Shown piece after piece: positions 49,029 through 58,279 of a DNA stretch of 64,000 nt (positions are counted from its first letter, which is position 1; every line of letters starts with the position of its first letter). Source of the stretch: Dehalococcoidia bacterium (lineage in GTDB: Bacteria; Chloroflexota; Dehalococcoidia; Lucifugimonadales; VXLM01); assembly GCA_963662435.1 (NCBI GenBank), contig OY759598.1, positions 310,001 to 374,000 on the forward strand, read 5' to 3'. Position numbers and translations under genes: made by a program. Under the pieces are notes generated by a model. That model was not told the DNA's origin, did not search any database, and saw nothing but the letters and a program-made list of their open reading frames with translations.

Positions 49029-51212
49029 ATGATCACCAAGAACCTTAGGCTTATCGGATTTGCCGCTTTGGCCGTGATGCTTTTCACGGTTATCGCGTGC
49101 AGTAGTAGTGACGACGGCGATACGGACACATCAGCGCCCGCCCCGGCGCCTGCCCCCGCTCCGGCACCGGCACCAGCAGCGGCGCCTGCCCCGGCGCCTG
49201 CTCCCGCTCCCGCTCCTGCGCCCGCGCAGGAAGAGGATGACGAGGACGCAATGATGGACTTCGCGGGTACGTTCAAAGGCACGTTCGTCTGGGACGGCCC
49301 GATGCCCACGAAATTTGGCGAGGCCCCAACTCTCGCCGCTCGTGTCTCTTCCGGAGAACTTCCTCCGGTTGAAGAGCGTCTTCCTAATGCAGAGGACGTA
49401 ATGGTAGTCGCGGTCGTTGACCGCATCGGCGACTACGGCGGAACCTGGCGCAGGGCATTCACCGGCCCGAACGACGGCCAGAACGCAGACCGCCTGATGA
49501 TGGACATGGTGCTGTACTACGACCTGAACGGCACGGACATCATCCCGAACGTAGCGAAGGGCTGGGACATCAGCGATGACGGTCTCACCTACACGCTATA
49601 TCTCCGTGAGGGCATGAAGTGGTCGGACGGCGTGGACTTCACTTCTGAGGACTTCGTCTGGCACTTCAACAACGTTATTCTGGACGACGAGCTCAACCCG
49701 ACGCGCGACGGCCAGATCGGTTGGTCCGGCGTGCAGGCCGACAGCATGTCTGCAGTTGACAAGTACACCGTTGAAGTAGTTCTGAGAGAGCGCAAGGACG
49801 GGTTCCTTGACTCGCTCGCGAACTACACCACCGGTGGTTGGACGCTTCACGGTCGTATCGCGGACGGCATGTACGGCCCGACGCACTACCTGAAGACGAT
49901 CCACCGCAAGTTCGCCGACGACAAGGACGCGTTCGACAAGCGCGTGGCCGATGATGGCTACGAAAACTGGATTACCTTCTTCAAGGACAACGCCAGCCCG
50001 CTCAAGAGCACGGACACTCCTGTAGTCTCGCCTTGGAAGATGACCAGCCCGATCACGGCTGAGATCTACGAGTGGGAGCGCAACCCGTATTACTGGGCAG
50101 TCGACCCTGCGGGCAACCAGCTTCCGTACATCGACAGGATTTCGATGACGCTCACCGGCGACAAGGAGATCCTGAACCTCAAGGCTTCGGCCGGCGAGAT
50201 CGACTTCCAGCACCGCCACATCGAGATGGCCAAGGTGCCGGTCTTCAAAGAGAACGAAGACCGCAGCAACATCGACGTACAGTTCTGGGGTTCCCACGGA
50301 GCGGTTGGCATCAGCATCAACAACTCCTATGGTGAGGGAGAAGTCAAGTACGAGGTAGACGAGGAAGTCAAGAAGTGGCTGAACAACTTCGAGTTCCGCA
50401 AGGCACTCTCCCTCGCGATCGACAGGAACAAGATCAACGAGGTCATGTTCCTCGGCCAGGGCGACATTTCCCAGCCGATTTTCTCGAAGGGCCACCCGTT
50501 CTACCCTGGTGACGACTACGCACAGAAGTACACGGACCTCGACCCCGAACAGTCCAAGGAGATCCTGGACAGCATCGGCCTGGTCGATACTGACGGCGAC
50601 GGTGTCCGCAACCGTACGGACGGCAAGGGCAACTTGGTCTTCATCATGGACTACGCTGCAGAGTACTTCGTGGCATACGACGTCTTGGCAGAACTGATTG
50701 AGGAAGACCTGGCAAAGGTTGGAGTCAAGGTAGCCCTCAAGCCCATGGACGTCAGCCTCTTCGCAGAGCGACGCAATAACAACGACGGCATCCTGATGGC
50801 AGGCGGCCTCATGTCCGCCCGCTGGCCGAACCTGCTCGACCGCTGGTACGAGCACGGAAGCGCATACCGAGCCTGGTACACGGGCGGCAGGGATGTCTAC
50901 TCCGAGGACTCCATTGCGGCCGAGCCGACCGACCCCAACATCCTCCGGCTGGCTGAGTTGGCCGACGAGGCTGTGAAGCTCCGCTACGCCGACCGCAAGG
51001 ACGTCTACGTTGAGGGTCAGCAGATCTTCATCGATAACCTCTATGGCATCGGCGCTGTGGGCAACACGCCCGCCTTCAACGGCGTCATCGTCAAGAAGAA
51101 GTACTTCATGAACGTTCCGCCGCAGGCTCCGAACGAGTCCCCGCTGCAGAACCCGGGCATCGCTCGGACAGTCCAGTTCTTCATGGAAGGCGGCAAGAAC
51201 GACTCCGAATAG
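49029..51212 (+). CDS. ABC transporter substrate-binding lipoprotein (family 5) with (PA)n linker
   Basis: Lipobox VIAC, LPPVEERLP, GDYGG, KWSDG, GNQLPYID, FRKALSLAIDR; PA repeat at 49134-49226. Confidence 0.92.
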   Translation: MITKNLRLIGFAALAVMLFTVIACSSSDDGDTDTSAPAPAPAPAPAPAPAAAPAPAPAPAPAPAPAQEEDDEDAMMDFAGTFKGTFVWDGPMPTKFGEAPTLAARVSSGELPPVEERLPNAEDVMVVAVVDRIGDYGGTWRRAFTGPNDGQNADRLMMDMVLYYDLNGTDIIPNVAKGWDISDDGLTYTLYLREGMKWSDGVDFTSEDFVWHFNNVILDDELNPTRDGQIGWSGVQADSMSAVDKYTVEVVLRERKDGFLDSLANYTTGGWTLHGRIADGMYGPTHYLKTIHRKFADDKDAFDKRVADDGYENWITFFKDNASPLKSTDTPVVSPWKMTSPITAEIYEWERNPYYWAVDPAGNQLPYIDRISMTLTGDKEILNLKASAGEIDFQHRHIEMAKVPVFKENEDRSNIDVQFWGSHGAVGISINNSYGEGEVKYEVDEEVKKWLNNFEFRKALSLAIDRNKINEVMFLGQGDISQPIFSKGHPFYPGDDYAQKYTDLDPEQSKEILDSIGLVDTDGDGVRNRTDGKGNLVFIMDYAAEYFVAYDVLAELIEEDLAKVGVKVALKPMDVSLFAERRNNNDGILMAGGLMSARWPNLLDRWYEHGSAYRAWYTGGRDVYSEDSIAAEPTDPNILRLAELADEAVKLRYADRKDVYVEGQQIFIDNLYGIGAVGNTPAFNGVIVKKKYFMNVPPQAPNESPLQNPGIARTVQFFMEGGKNDSE

Positions 51213-51245
51213 GAGCACCGTTTTGCCTAGTGAAGTAGACTGAAG

Positions 51246-51281
51246 AAATAGCACCCGGCCCAGTTGGACCGGGTGCTATTT
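51246..51281 (+). terminator. Stem-loop/terminator after the binding-protein gene
   Basis: AAATAGCACCCGG...CCGGGTGCTATTT inverted repeat. Confidence 0.75.
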
Positions 51282-51390
51282 ACATTACCGAGCATCTATG
51301 TATAATGGCATTTCAACGACAGAGCCCGTTCGACCGATCGTCGAGCTTGGCTTCCTGCACTGAATCTTCCAACAGGAGCGGAGAACCCCA

Positions 51391-52389
51391 GTGATAGCAT
51401 TTATCATTCGCCGTTTCTTGCTGGGTGTATTTGCGCTCTGGGTAATCTCAATAATCGCCTTCTTCGTAGTTACCCTCCCACCGGGCGACTTCGTCGATGA
51501 CTATATAGCTAACCTCGTAGGTGAAGCAGGTCAGGGGACACCCGCAGCGGAGGCCCTAGAAAAGCAGCTCCGGGCCGAGTATGGTCTCGACCGACCTCTG
51601 TTCTACCAATATATCAAATGGCTGACGAAGGTTCTGCAAGGAGACCTCAGCTTCTCGGTTGAATTCAACCGGCCTGTCCGAGAGGTAATATGGGACAAAC
51701 TCCCGCTTACGATGGTCGTTGCCGGTACGACTATCTTGTTTACATGGACGATGGCTATCCCCCTGGGAATATATGCCGCCGTTCGGCATCGCACCTTTGA
51801 GGACTATTCTCTCACGTTCATCGGCTTCATCGGCCTTGCGATACCCGACTTCCTGCTGGCATTGGCCTTCCTGTGGATCGGCTGGTTCTACTTCGACTTA
51901 TCGATAGGAGGACTCTTTACCCGGGAGTACATAATCGCGCCCTGGTCAGGAGGCAAGATCGTCGACATGCTTGCCCATCTCTGGATTCCCGTCATCGTTC
52001 TGGGCACGGCAGGGACGGCATCCCTTCTCCGCATCATGCGGGCCAATCTGTTGGATGAACTTCGCAAGCCATACGTGGTAACCGCCCGCGCCAAGGGCCT
52101 CAAGGAATGGCGGGTGATACTCAAGTATCCCGTACGCGTTGCCTTGAACCCCATAGTCAGCATCGTTGGATATCTCCTGCCCGCGCTCATATCAGGCAGC
52201 ATCATCGTCTCAGTTATTCTCGCTCTGCCTCTTATTGGACCTCTCCTGCTCCGGGCGCTCTTGGCCGAAGACCTCTTCATGGCGGCAGGAATCCTACTAG
52301 TGCTTGGCGCGTTGACGATAATAGGTACGTTCCTGTCCGACATTCTGCTGGTGTTCGTCGATCCGCGCATCAGGATGGAGGATAAGTAA
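51391..52389 (+). CDS. ABC transporter permease (OppB/DppB-like)
   Basis: YGLDRP...QY, YV.TARAKGL EAA-loop, DPRIR end. Confidence 0.92.
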   Translation: MIAFIIRRFLLGVFALWVISIIAFFVVTLPPGDFVDDYIANLVGEAGQGTPAAEALEKQLRAEYGLDRPLFYQYIKWLTKVLQGDLSFSVEFNRPVREVIWDKLPLTMVVAGTTILFTWTMAIPLGIYAAVRHRTFEDYSLTFIGFIGLAIPDFLLALAFLWIGWFYFDLSIGGLFTREYIIAPWSGGKIVDMLAHLWIPVIVLGTAGTASLLRIMRANLLDELRKPYVVTARAKGLKEWRVILKYPVRVALNPIVSIVGYLLPALISGSIIVSVILALPLIGPLLLRALLAEDLFMAAGILLVLGALTIIGTFLSDILLVFVDPRIRMEDK

Positions 52390-53564
52390 TGGCTGACGAA
52401 GCCAGGGACAGAGCGCAGATGAGCATTGCTGCTGATGCCCTCATGAATGAGCAGCAGGATCACCTTGAAGACGAAGAGGTCTTTGTCGCCGGTCAATGGC
52501 GGCTCATGTGGTGGCGCTTCCGCAAACACAAGATGGCCATGGTCGGCGCGGTTATCGTCATCCTCTTCTACACGGTGGCGATATTCGCAGACTTCCTTGC
52601 AATATCCGACCCCCGTCTTTCCGACGTCAATGTGGCCTACCTTCAACCACAGACCATCCATTGGTTCGATGGAGGATTCAGTCCCCACGTCAAGAAGGTA
52701 ATCGGCGACCGCGATCCCGTGACCTTCAAGAAGGTATATGTCACCGACCCGGAAGTGAACATTCCCATTCAATTCTTCGCTAAAGGGTATGAATACAAGC
52801 TCTTCGGCGTTATCCCCTTTGACCGACACTTCATAGGGACCGTTGCGCCCGAAGGTGAGGAAGAAAGGGTCGCTCCGTTCTTCCTGGGTACGGATGTGCT
52901 TGGACGTGACATGTGGTCGCGGATTGTGTTCGGATCGAGGGTTTCCCTTTCCATTGGGCTCGTGGGCGTCCTGCTAACCCTTGTGCTAGGCGTCACCCTA
53001 GGAGGGTTGTCCGGATACTACGGCGGCTGGGTCGATACCGTCATCCAGCGCATAATCGAGATCACGAGGTCGGTCCCGACGCTACCGCTATTCATCGCCC
53101 TGTCAGCCTCCGTCCCGAAGGACTGGAGCGTCTATCGCATCTATTTCATCGTGACATTGATCATTGCCATGTTCGTTTGGACGGAGATGGGCCGCGTCGT
53201 CCGTGGTCGGTTCCTTGCCCTCCGTGAAGAGGACTTCGTGACTGCCGCGCGGCTGGCCGGGGCCACAGATATACGGATCATCTTCCGGCACATGCTGCCC
53301 AACTTCATCAGTCACGTGATTACCGTCGTAACGCTTACTCTCCCATTCATGATCATCAACGAGACCGCCCTCAGCTTCCTGGGCATCGGTCTCCGTTCTC
53401 CCGCGGTGAGTTGGGGAGTCCTCCTGCAGCAGACGCAGAACATACAATCGTTAGCGCTCTATCCATGGCTCACGATTCCGGCCGTACCGTTTACGATAGC
53501 CGTGCTTGCGTTCAACTTCGTGGGGGACGGCCTGCGCGATGCTGCCGACCCGTACGCGAACTAG
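52389..53564 (+). CDS. ABC transporter permease (OppC/DppC-like)
   Basis: LGTD.LGRD, FV.AARLAGA, FN.VGDGLRDA.DP. Confidence 0.92.
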   Translation: MADEARDRAQMSIAADALMNEQQDHLEDEEVFVAGQWRLMWWRFRKHKMAMVGAVIVILFYTVAIFADFLAISDPRLSDVNVAYLQPQTIHWFDGGFSPHVKKVIGDRDPVTFKKVYVTDPEVNIPIQFFAKGYEYKLFGVIPFDRHFIGTVAPEGEEERVAPFFLGTDVLGRDMWSRIVFGSRVSLSIGLVGVLLTLVLGVTLGGLSGYYGGWVDTVIQRIIEITRSVPTLPLFIALSASVPKDWSVYRIYFIVTLIIAMFVWTEMGRVVRGRFLALREEDFVTAARLAGATDIRIIFRHMLPNFISHVITVVTLTLPFMIINETALSFLGIGLRSPAVSWGVLLQQTQNIQSLALYPWLTIPAVPFTIAVLAFNFVGDGLRDAADPYAN

Positions 53565-53638
53565 CTCCAGAGTCTAAGGCTGATCATTTTCTTGCGGCCT
53601 GACGGGCGTTCGGCTACACTCATTTACCAGACCTGTCG

Positions 53639-54106
53639 ATGGAGACTAGGGACTTGGTAACGGGCTTCAACCATTCGGGCATCGTCGTAAGAGACCTCTC
53701 GGCAATGATCGAGTTCTACTGTGACGAGTTGGGACTCCAGGTGCTCAGGGAAGTCGACAGCATCGCGCCGGAGGGGGGAGACCACACAGGGATTCCGGGA
53801 GCGAAGCGCAAGCTCGTCTTCGTCGGCCTGCCGGATGATGCGCACCAGATCGAGCTTGTTCACTACCTCGACCCCATTCCTTCCGACGGCCACCTGCACC
53901 ACCATCAATTCGGTTCCTCTCACGTCTGTTTCAATGTGTCCGGCCTTGACGGAATTCACTCCAGGCTTTCGGCCAAGGGCATTCGTTTCGTCACCGAGCC
54001 GAAGTACCGGACCACACCCGACGGTGCGCGCGTGGGCATCTGCTACGCACTCGACCCCGAGGGCAACTACCTTGAATTCATCGAACGGACTGAGCCGTCA
54101 TCCTGA
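53639..54106 (+). CDS. VOC/glyoxalase family protein
   Basis: H.GIVV.DL, IEL, HVCF.V, DPEGN.LE. Confidence 0.85.
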   Translation: METRDLVTGFNHSGIVVRDLSAMIEFYCDELGLQVLREVDSIAPEGGDHTGIPGAKRKLVFVGLPDDAHQIELVHYLDPIPSDGHLHHHQFGSSHVCFNVSGLDGIHSRLSAKGIRFVTEPKYRTTPDGARVGICYALDPEGNYLEFIERTEPSS

Positions 54107-54148
54107 CATCTGTTCGTTCAGCCCACCATTCCCGAATTTGGAGCGAAC

Positions 54149-54928
54149 ATGCCTAGACTCGCAGCCAATTTGTCGATGATGTTCAACGAAGTCGACTTCA
54201 TGGATCGCTTCGGTGCGGCAGCCGAAGGGGGATTTAAGGGCGTCGAGTACCTCTTCCCATATGACTACGACAAGAACGACCTGAGGGAGGCTCTCGACAC
54301 CCACGGACTCGTCCAGGTCCTCCACAACCTTCCTGCCGGTGACTGGGACGCCGGTGAGCGCGGCATCGCCTGTCATCCGGACCGCGTCGACGAATTTCGA
54401 GACGGAGTCGGCAGGGCAATCGAATACGCCACCGCCCTCGGATGCGATCAGGTGAACTGCCTCGCCGGAATAGCGCCATCAAATGTGCCAGACGAGGCTC
54501 TCAACGAGACCTTCATCACGAACCTCAAGTTCGCCTCGAGCGAGCTCCAGGGCGCAGGGATAACCCTGCTCATCGAGGCAATCAATACGAGGGACATTCC
54601 CGGATTCTTTCTTCAGACCACCTCCCAGGCCCTCGCGGTCATAGACGAGGTCGGTTCGGAGAACCTCATGCTCCAGTACGACATCTATCACATGCAGATC
54701 ATGGAGGGAGACCTGACCCCGACCATCGAGGCCAACCTCCCCATGATCCGGCATATGCAGCTCGCCGATAATCCCGGACGTAACGAACCGGGTACCGGCG
54801 AGATCAATTATCCGTTCCTCTTCGAAGCCATCGACAAGATGGGCTACGAAGGATGGATCGGATGCGAATACAAGCCGCGAACGACAACAGCCGAGGGCCT
54901 GCACTGGGCCGATCCGTACTTACGGTAG
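54149..54928 (+). CDS. hyi: Hydroxypyruvate isomerase
   Basis: ANLSMMFNE, GVEYLFPY, YDIYHMQ, ADNPGRNEPGTGEINY, GCEYKP. Confidence 0.93.
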   Translation: MPRLAANLSMMFNEVDFMDRFGAAAEGGFKGVEYLFPYDYDKNDLREALDTHGLVQVLHNLPAGDWDAGERGIACHPDRVDEFRDGVGRAIEYATALGCDQVNCLAGIAPSNVPDEALNETFITNLKFASSELQGAGITLLIEAINTRDIPGFFLQTTSQALAVIDEVGSENLMLQYDIYHMQIMEGDLTPTIEANLPMIRHMQLADNPGRNEPGTGEINYPFLFEAIDKMGYEGWIGCEYKPRTTTAEGLHWADPYLR

Positions 54929-54944
54929 TCGGCCGGGAGGATAC

Positions 54945-57329
54945 ATGGTCTTAGAAGCAACTACCCTCGACGACCCCGACATTATCAATCGCCGGAATCA
55001 AATTCTCGACGAGATACAGAACCGGGTTCTCTGGCTCTCGATCTACATGGTCGACTACGCCAATCGCCTACGCCCCAACCCCAGCGGCCTGAAGGTCGGA
55101 GGCCACCAGGCCTCGAGCGCGTCGGTTGCCAGCATCATGACCTACCTGTTCATGGAGTACATGAATGCCGGGGACAAGCTCTCGGTAAAGCCTCACGCCT
55201 CGCCCGTGTACCACGCGGTGCAATACTTGCTCGGCAACCTCGATGTCGAATATCTCAAGACCCTTCGCGCCTACCACGGTCTGCAGGCATACCCAAGCCG
55301 CACGAAGGACCCTGACAACGTCGACTTCTCCACCGGCTCAGTGGGACTCGGCGCGGTGGCCCCTAATTTCGCGTGGCTTACCGAGGAGTACCTGCGGAGC
55401 CACATCGATGCGGGAAACGGACCCAGGCGAAAATACATCAGCATCGTCGGAGACGCGGAGCTGGACGAAGGGGCCGTCTGGGAGGCCATCGCCGACCCGA
55501 CAATGGAGGAGGCGTCCAATGTCCTTTGGATCGTCGACCTCAACCGGCAGAGCCTCGACCGCATAATACCCGGCATACGCGTCACCTGCTGGCGAGAGAT
55601 GTTCGCGGCGAACGGCTGGAGCATCGTAGACGCCAAGTACGGGCGTAAGCTGGAGGCAGCATTCCGGCTTCCAAAAGGCGAACTCCTCCGTGACGCCATC
55701 GACGAGATGTCCAACATGGTCTACCAGCGACTGTTGCGAGTCTCACCGTCCAAGCTTCGGGAATGGTTGCCCAGCACGAGTCGATACCCCCAGGACATGG
55801 AACGTCTCATTAGTCAATGGGACGACGACGAACTCGCCTCTCTCTTCGCCGATCTTGGTGGACACGACATAGGCGCTCTGCGGCAGGCGTTCGATGCCAT
55901 GGACCTCGATAGCGGACCGCACGTGATGTTTGCCTACACTCAAAAGGGGTGGCGGCTTCCAATAATAGGCGACCCGCAAAACCATTCGGCCAACCTGAAT
56001 GGCGAACAGATGGAAGAGCTCAGAGAGAAAATGGGCATAGACCCGACCGACTCCACTTTCCTCTTCCCGTCCGAATCCCCGGAAGCCAGGCTGATAGAGG
56101 AGGCACGAGAACGCCTGCGAGTAGGTGAGGAGCAGTCAAACTCGGTCCCCACCATACCTGTACCTACGGGTTTCGGCCGCGGATATCGCGGGATGATGTC
56201 CACACAGCAGATCTTCGGCCTTGTGCTTACGGAGATTTCAAGAAACGCGCCTGAGCTCTCCAAGCGGCTCGTGACGACCAGCCCCGACGTCGCCAGTTCG
56301 ACGAACCTAGGAGGATGGATCAACAGGGTAGGGGTCTGGCACCGGGGTGAGGTCGAATCTCTCCCCCAGGAGGAACAGCCCAGGGCGCTCCAGTGGACGG
56401 AGTCCGACACGGGCCAGCACATCGAGCTCGGCATATCGGAGAACAACCTGTTCATGGCCCTGGGACAGCTTGGCCTCTCGCATGAAATGCAGGGCGAAAT
56501 GCTTTTTCCGATCGGTACCCTGTACGACCCATTTATCCGGCGCGGCCTCGACGCCTTCTACTACAGCACCTACGCCGGCGCAAGCTTCATGGTCGTCGGC
56601 ACCCCTTCGGGCGTGAGTCTTGGTCCTGAAGGAGGCGCGCACCAGTCCCTCGTCACACAGTCGATCGGAACGGAGTTGCCCGACCTTTCTTTCTACGAGC
56701 CGTGCTTTGGGCAGGAACTGGAATGGATCGTCATGCACTCCCTCGAAAGGATGCGCAACCGAGAAGGCTCCGCCTATCTGCGCCTGACCAGCAAGCGCGT
56801 AGACCAGTCTCTGTCGACGCTTCCGTCCGTTCCGGACGAACTTGAGAAGCTGAGGATGCAGGTTCTCGAAGGCGCCTATCGCCTCGTCGACCGTCGCTCC
56901 GAAGAGGGATACGGCCAGCACTACAATGTCGTCCACATCATGGCTTCCGGCGCCATGGTGCCCGAGGCGGTAACCGCCAGTGAACAGCTTCTGGAAGAGG
57001 GAGTTTATGCAAACGTCATCAACGTGACCGGACCGGGGCCGCTCTACAAGCGGTTCCAGGAGCAGGTACGCCGGGATATATCCGAGGGACGCGCCTCGGA
57101 GCCGTTCATGTCGGACATCTTCGATGTCGGTGAGCGAAGCGCCCCAATTGTCACTGTCGTCGACGGACATCCTCATACCCTCGCCTGGCTCGGCGCCGCC
57201 ATGAAGACCGAGACCTTCCCGCTCGGCGTGACCGACTACGGTCAGTCCGGGGATTACCTCGACCTCTACCGGGAATACCAGATCGACGTTGACTCCATTG
57301 TGGCCGCCTGCTTCGCAGCAGTTGATTGA
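54945..57329 (+). CDS. AceE-like single-chain ThDP-dependent 2-oxoacid dehydrogenase E1 / transketolase-like enzyme
   Basis: KVGGHQASSAS, STGSVG, GDAELDEG...N, ELGISE, EGGAHQS. Confidence 0.85.
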   Translation: MVLEATTLDDPDIINRRNQILDEIQNRVLWLSIYMVDYANRLRPNPSGLKVGGHQASSASVASIMTYLFMEYMNAGDKLSVKPHASPVYHAVQYLLGNLDVEYLKTLRAYHGLQAYPSRTKDPDNVDFSTGSVGLGAVAPNFAWLTEEYLRSHIDAGNGPRRKYISIVGDAELDEGAVWEAIADPTMEEASNVLWIVDLNRQSLDRIIPGIRVTCWREMFAANGWSIVDAKYGRKLEAAFRLPKGELLRDAIDEMSNMVYQRLLRVSPSKLREWLPSTSRYPQDMERLISQWDDDELASLFADLGGHDIGALRQAFDAMDLDSGPHVMFAYTQKGWRLPIIGDPQNHSANLNGEQMEELREKMGIDPTDSTFLFPSESPEARLIEEARERLRVGEEQSNSVPTIPVPTGFGRGYRGMMSTQQIFGLVLTEISRNAPELSKRLVTTSPDVASSTNLGGWINRVGVWHRGEVESLPQEEQPRALQWTESDTGQHIELGISENNLFMALGQLGLSHEMQGEMLFPIGTLYDPFIRRGLDAFYYSTYAGASFMVVGTPSGVSLGPEGGAHQSLVTQSIGTELPDLSFYEPCFGQELEWIVMHSLERMRNREGSAYLRLTSKRVDQSLSTLPSVPDELEKLRMQVLEGAYRLVDRRSEEGYGQHYNVVHIMASGAMVPEAVTASEQLLEEGVYANVINVTGPGPLYKRFQEQVRRDISEGRASEPFMSDIFDVGERSAPIVTVVDGHPHTLAWLGAAMKTETFPLGVTDYGQSGDYLDLYREYQIDVDSIVAACFAAVD

Positions 57330-57452
57330 CGCTTCTGGCACTTCCTCAATTCCTGCGCTAGAATAGGGTCGCCGACTCGGCCGGTGGCGTTCGTGAACGT
57401 AATCGGTTGATATCGACAACGTACTCTCACGAAAGGCGGGTATGTACTGAGA

Positions 57453-58193
57453 ATGTTCAAACTCCGCGTTACTGCTCTATTGGCTGCTTTTGCAGCATTG
57501 TTGCTCCTGTTCGCCATTGCCTGTAGCGGCGAAGACGAAGAGACGGATACGGCGACGGAAACTTCACCGCCGCCGCCTGCCGCCGCTCAGCCCGCGCCGA
57601 CCAGCGCGCCTGAGACTACAGAGAAGCGTATGCAATGGGATGTCGCGCCGCCCTTGCGAATCGACCCCGAAAAGTCCTACACGGCGACGTTCAACATGGA
57701 GCGTGGCACGTTCGAGGTCCAGCTGTTTGCCGACAAGGCTCCAAAGACCGTCAACAACTTCGTCTTCCTTGCTCGTGAAGGCTACTACGACGGCTCGACG
57801 TTCCACCGCGTCATTCCGGGATTCATGGCCCAGGGAGGCGACCCGACAGGTACCGGAACCGGCGGGCCCGGCTACCAATTCGACAACGAGTTCCATCCCG
57901 ATCTGCGTCACTTCGGACCGGGCATGCTGGCAATGGCAAACGCCGGTGAGCAGAACGGTCGGGGCACCAATGGAGGCCAGTTCTACCTCACCTACTCTGA
58001 GCAGCACCGCCTCGATGGCCTTAATCTCGACGGCACGACTAAGCCCTGCAGCCAGACCGGTGTCTCATGTCACGCCGTGTTCGGCGAGGTCATTGGCGGA
58101 ATGGACGTAGTCAACGGCATCCGGGAACGCGATCCCCAGAGCGCCACATTCAAGGGTGACGTAATCAAGAGCATCGTCATTACCGAAGAGTAG
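57453..58193 (+). CDS. Cyclophilin-type peptidyl-prolyl isomerase, lipoprotein
   Basis: APKTVNNF, FHRVIPGFMAQGGDP, AMAN; lipobox AIAC. Confidence 0.93.
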   Translation: MFKLRVTALLAAFAALLLLFAIACSGEDEETDTATETSPPPPAAAQPAPTSAPETTEKRMQWDVAPPLRIDPEKSYTATFNMERGTFEVQLFADKAPKTVNNFVFLAREGYYDGSTFHRVIPGFMAQGGDPTGTGTGGPGYQFDNEFHPDLRHFGPGMLAMANAGEQNGRGTNGGQFYLTYSEQHRLDGLNLDGTTKPCSQTGVSCHAVFGEVIGGMDVVNGIRERDPQSATFKGDVIKSIVITEE

Positions 58194-58212
58194 CGTCGAG
58201 GGAATATAGTGG

Positions 58213-58256
58213 AAAAAGGAGAGGGGGCAGGTCACACGACCTGCCCCCTCTTTCTT
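58213..58256. terminator. Bidirectional intrinsic terminator
   Basis: 14-bp stem AGAGGGGGCAGGTC / GACCTGCCCCCTCT between convergent genes, A tract before and T-rich tract after. Confidence 0.8.
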
Positions 58257-58279
58257 ATCGGCCAATCAGCCTGACACCC

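Noticed and set aside
49596..51254. Long antisense ORFs (also 2189-3478, 13629-14810, 30605-31603, 56307-57419)
   Set aside because: Shadow frames of well-supported genes in GC-rich DNA, with no motifs
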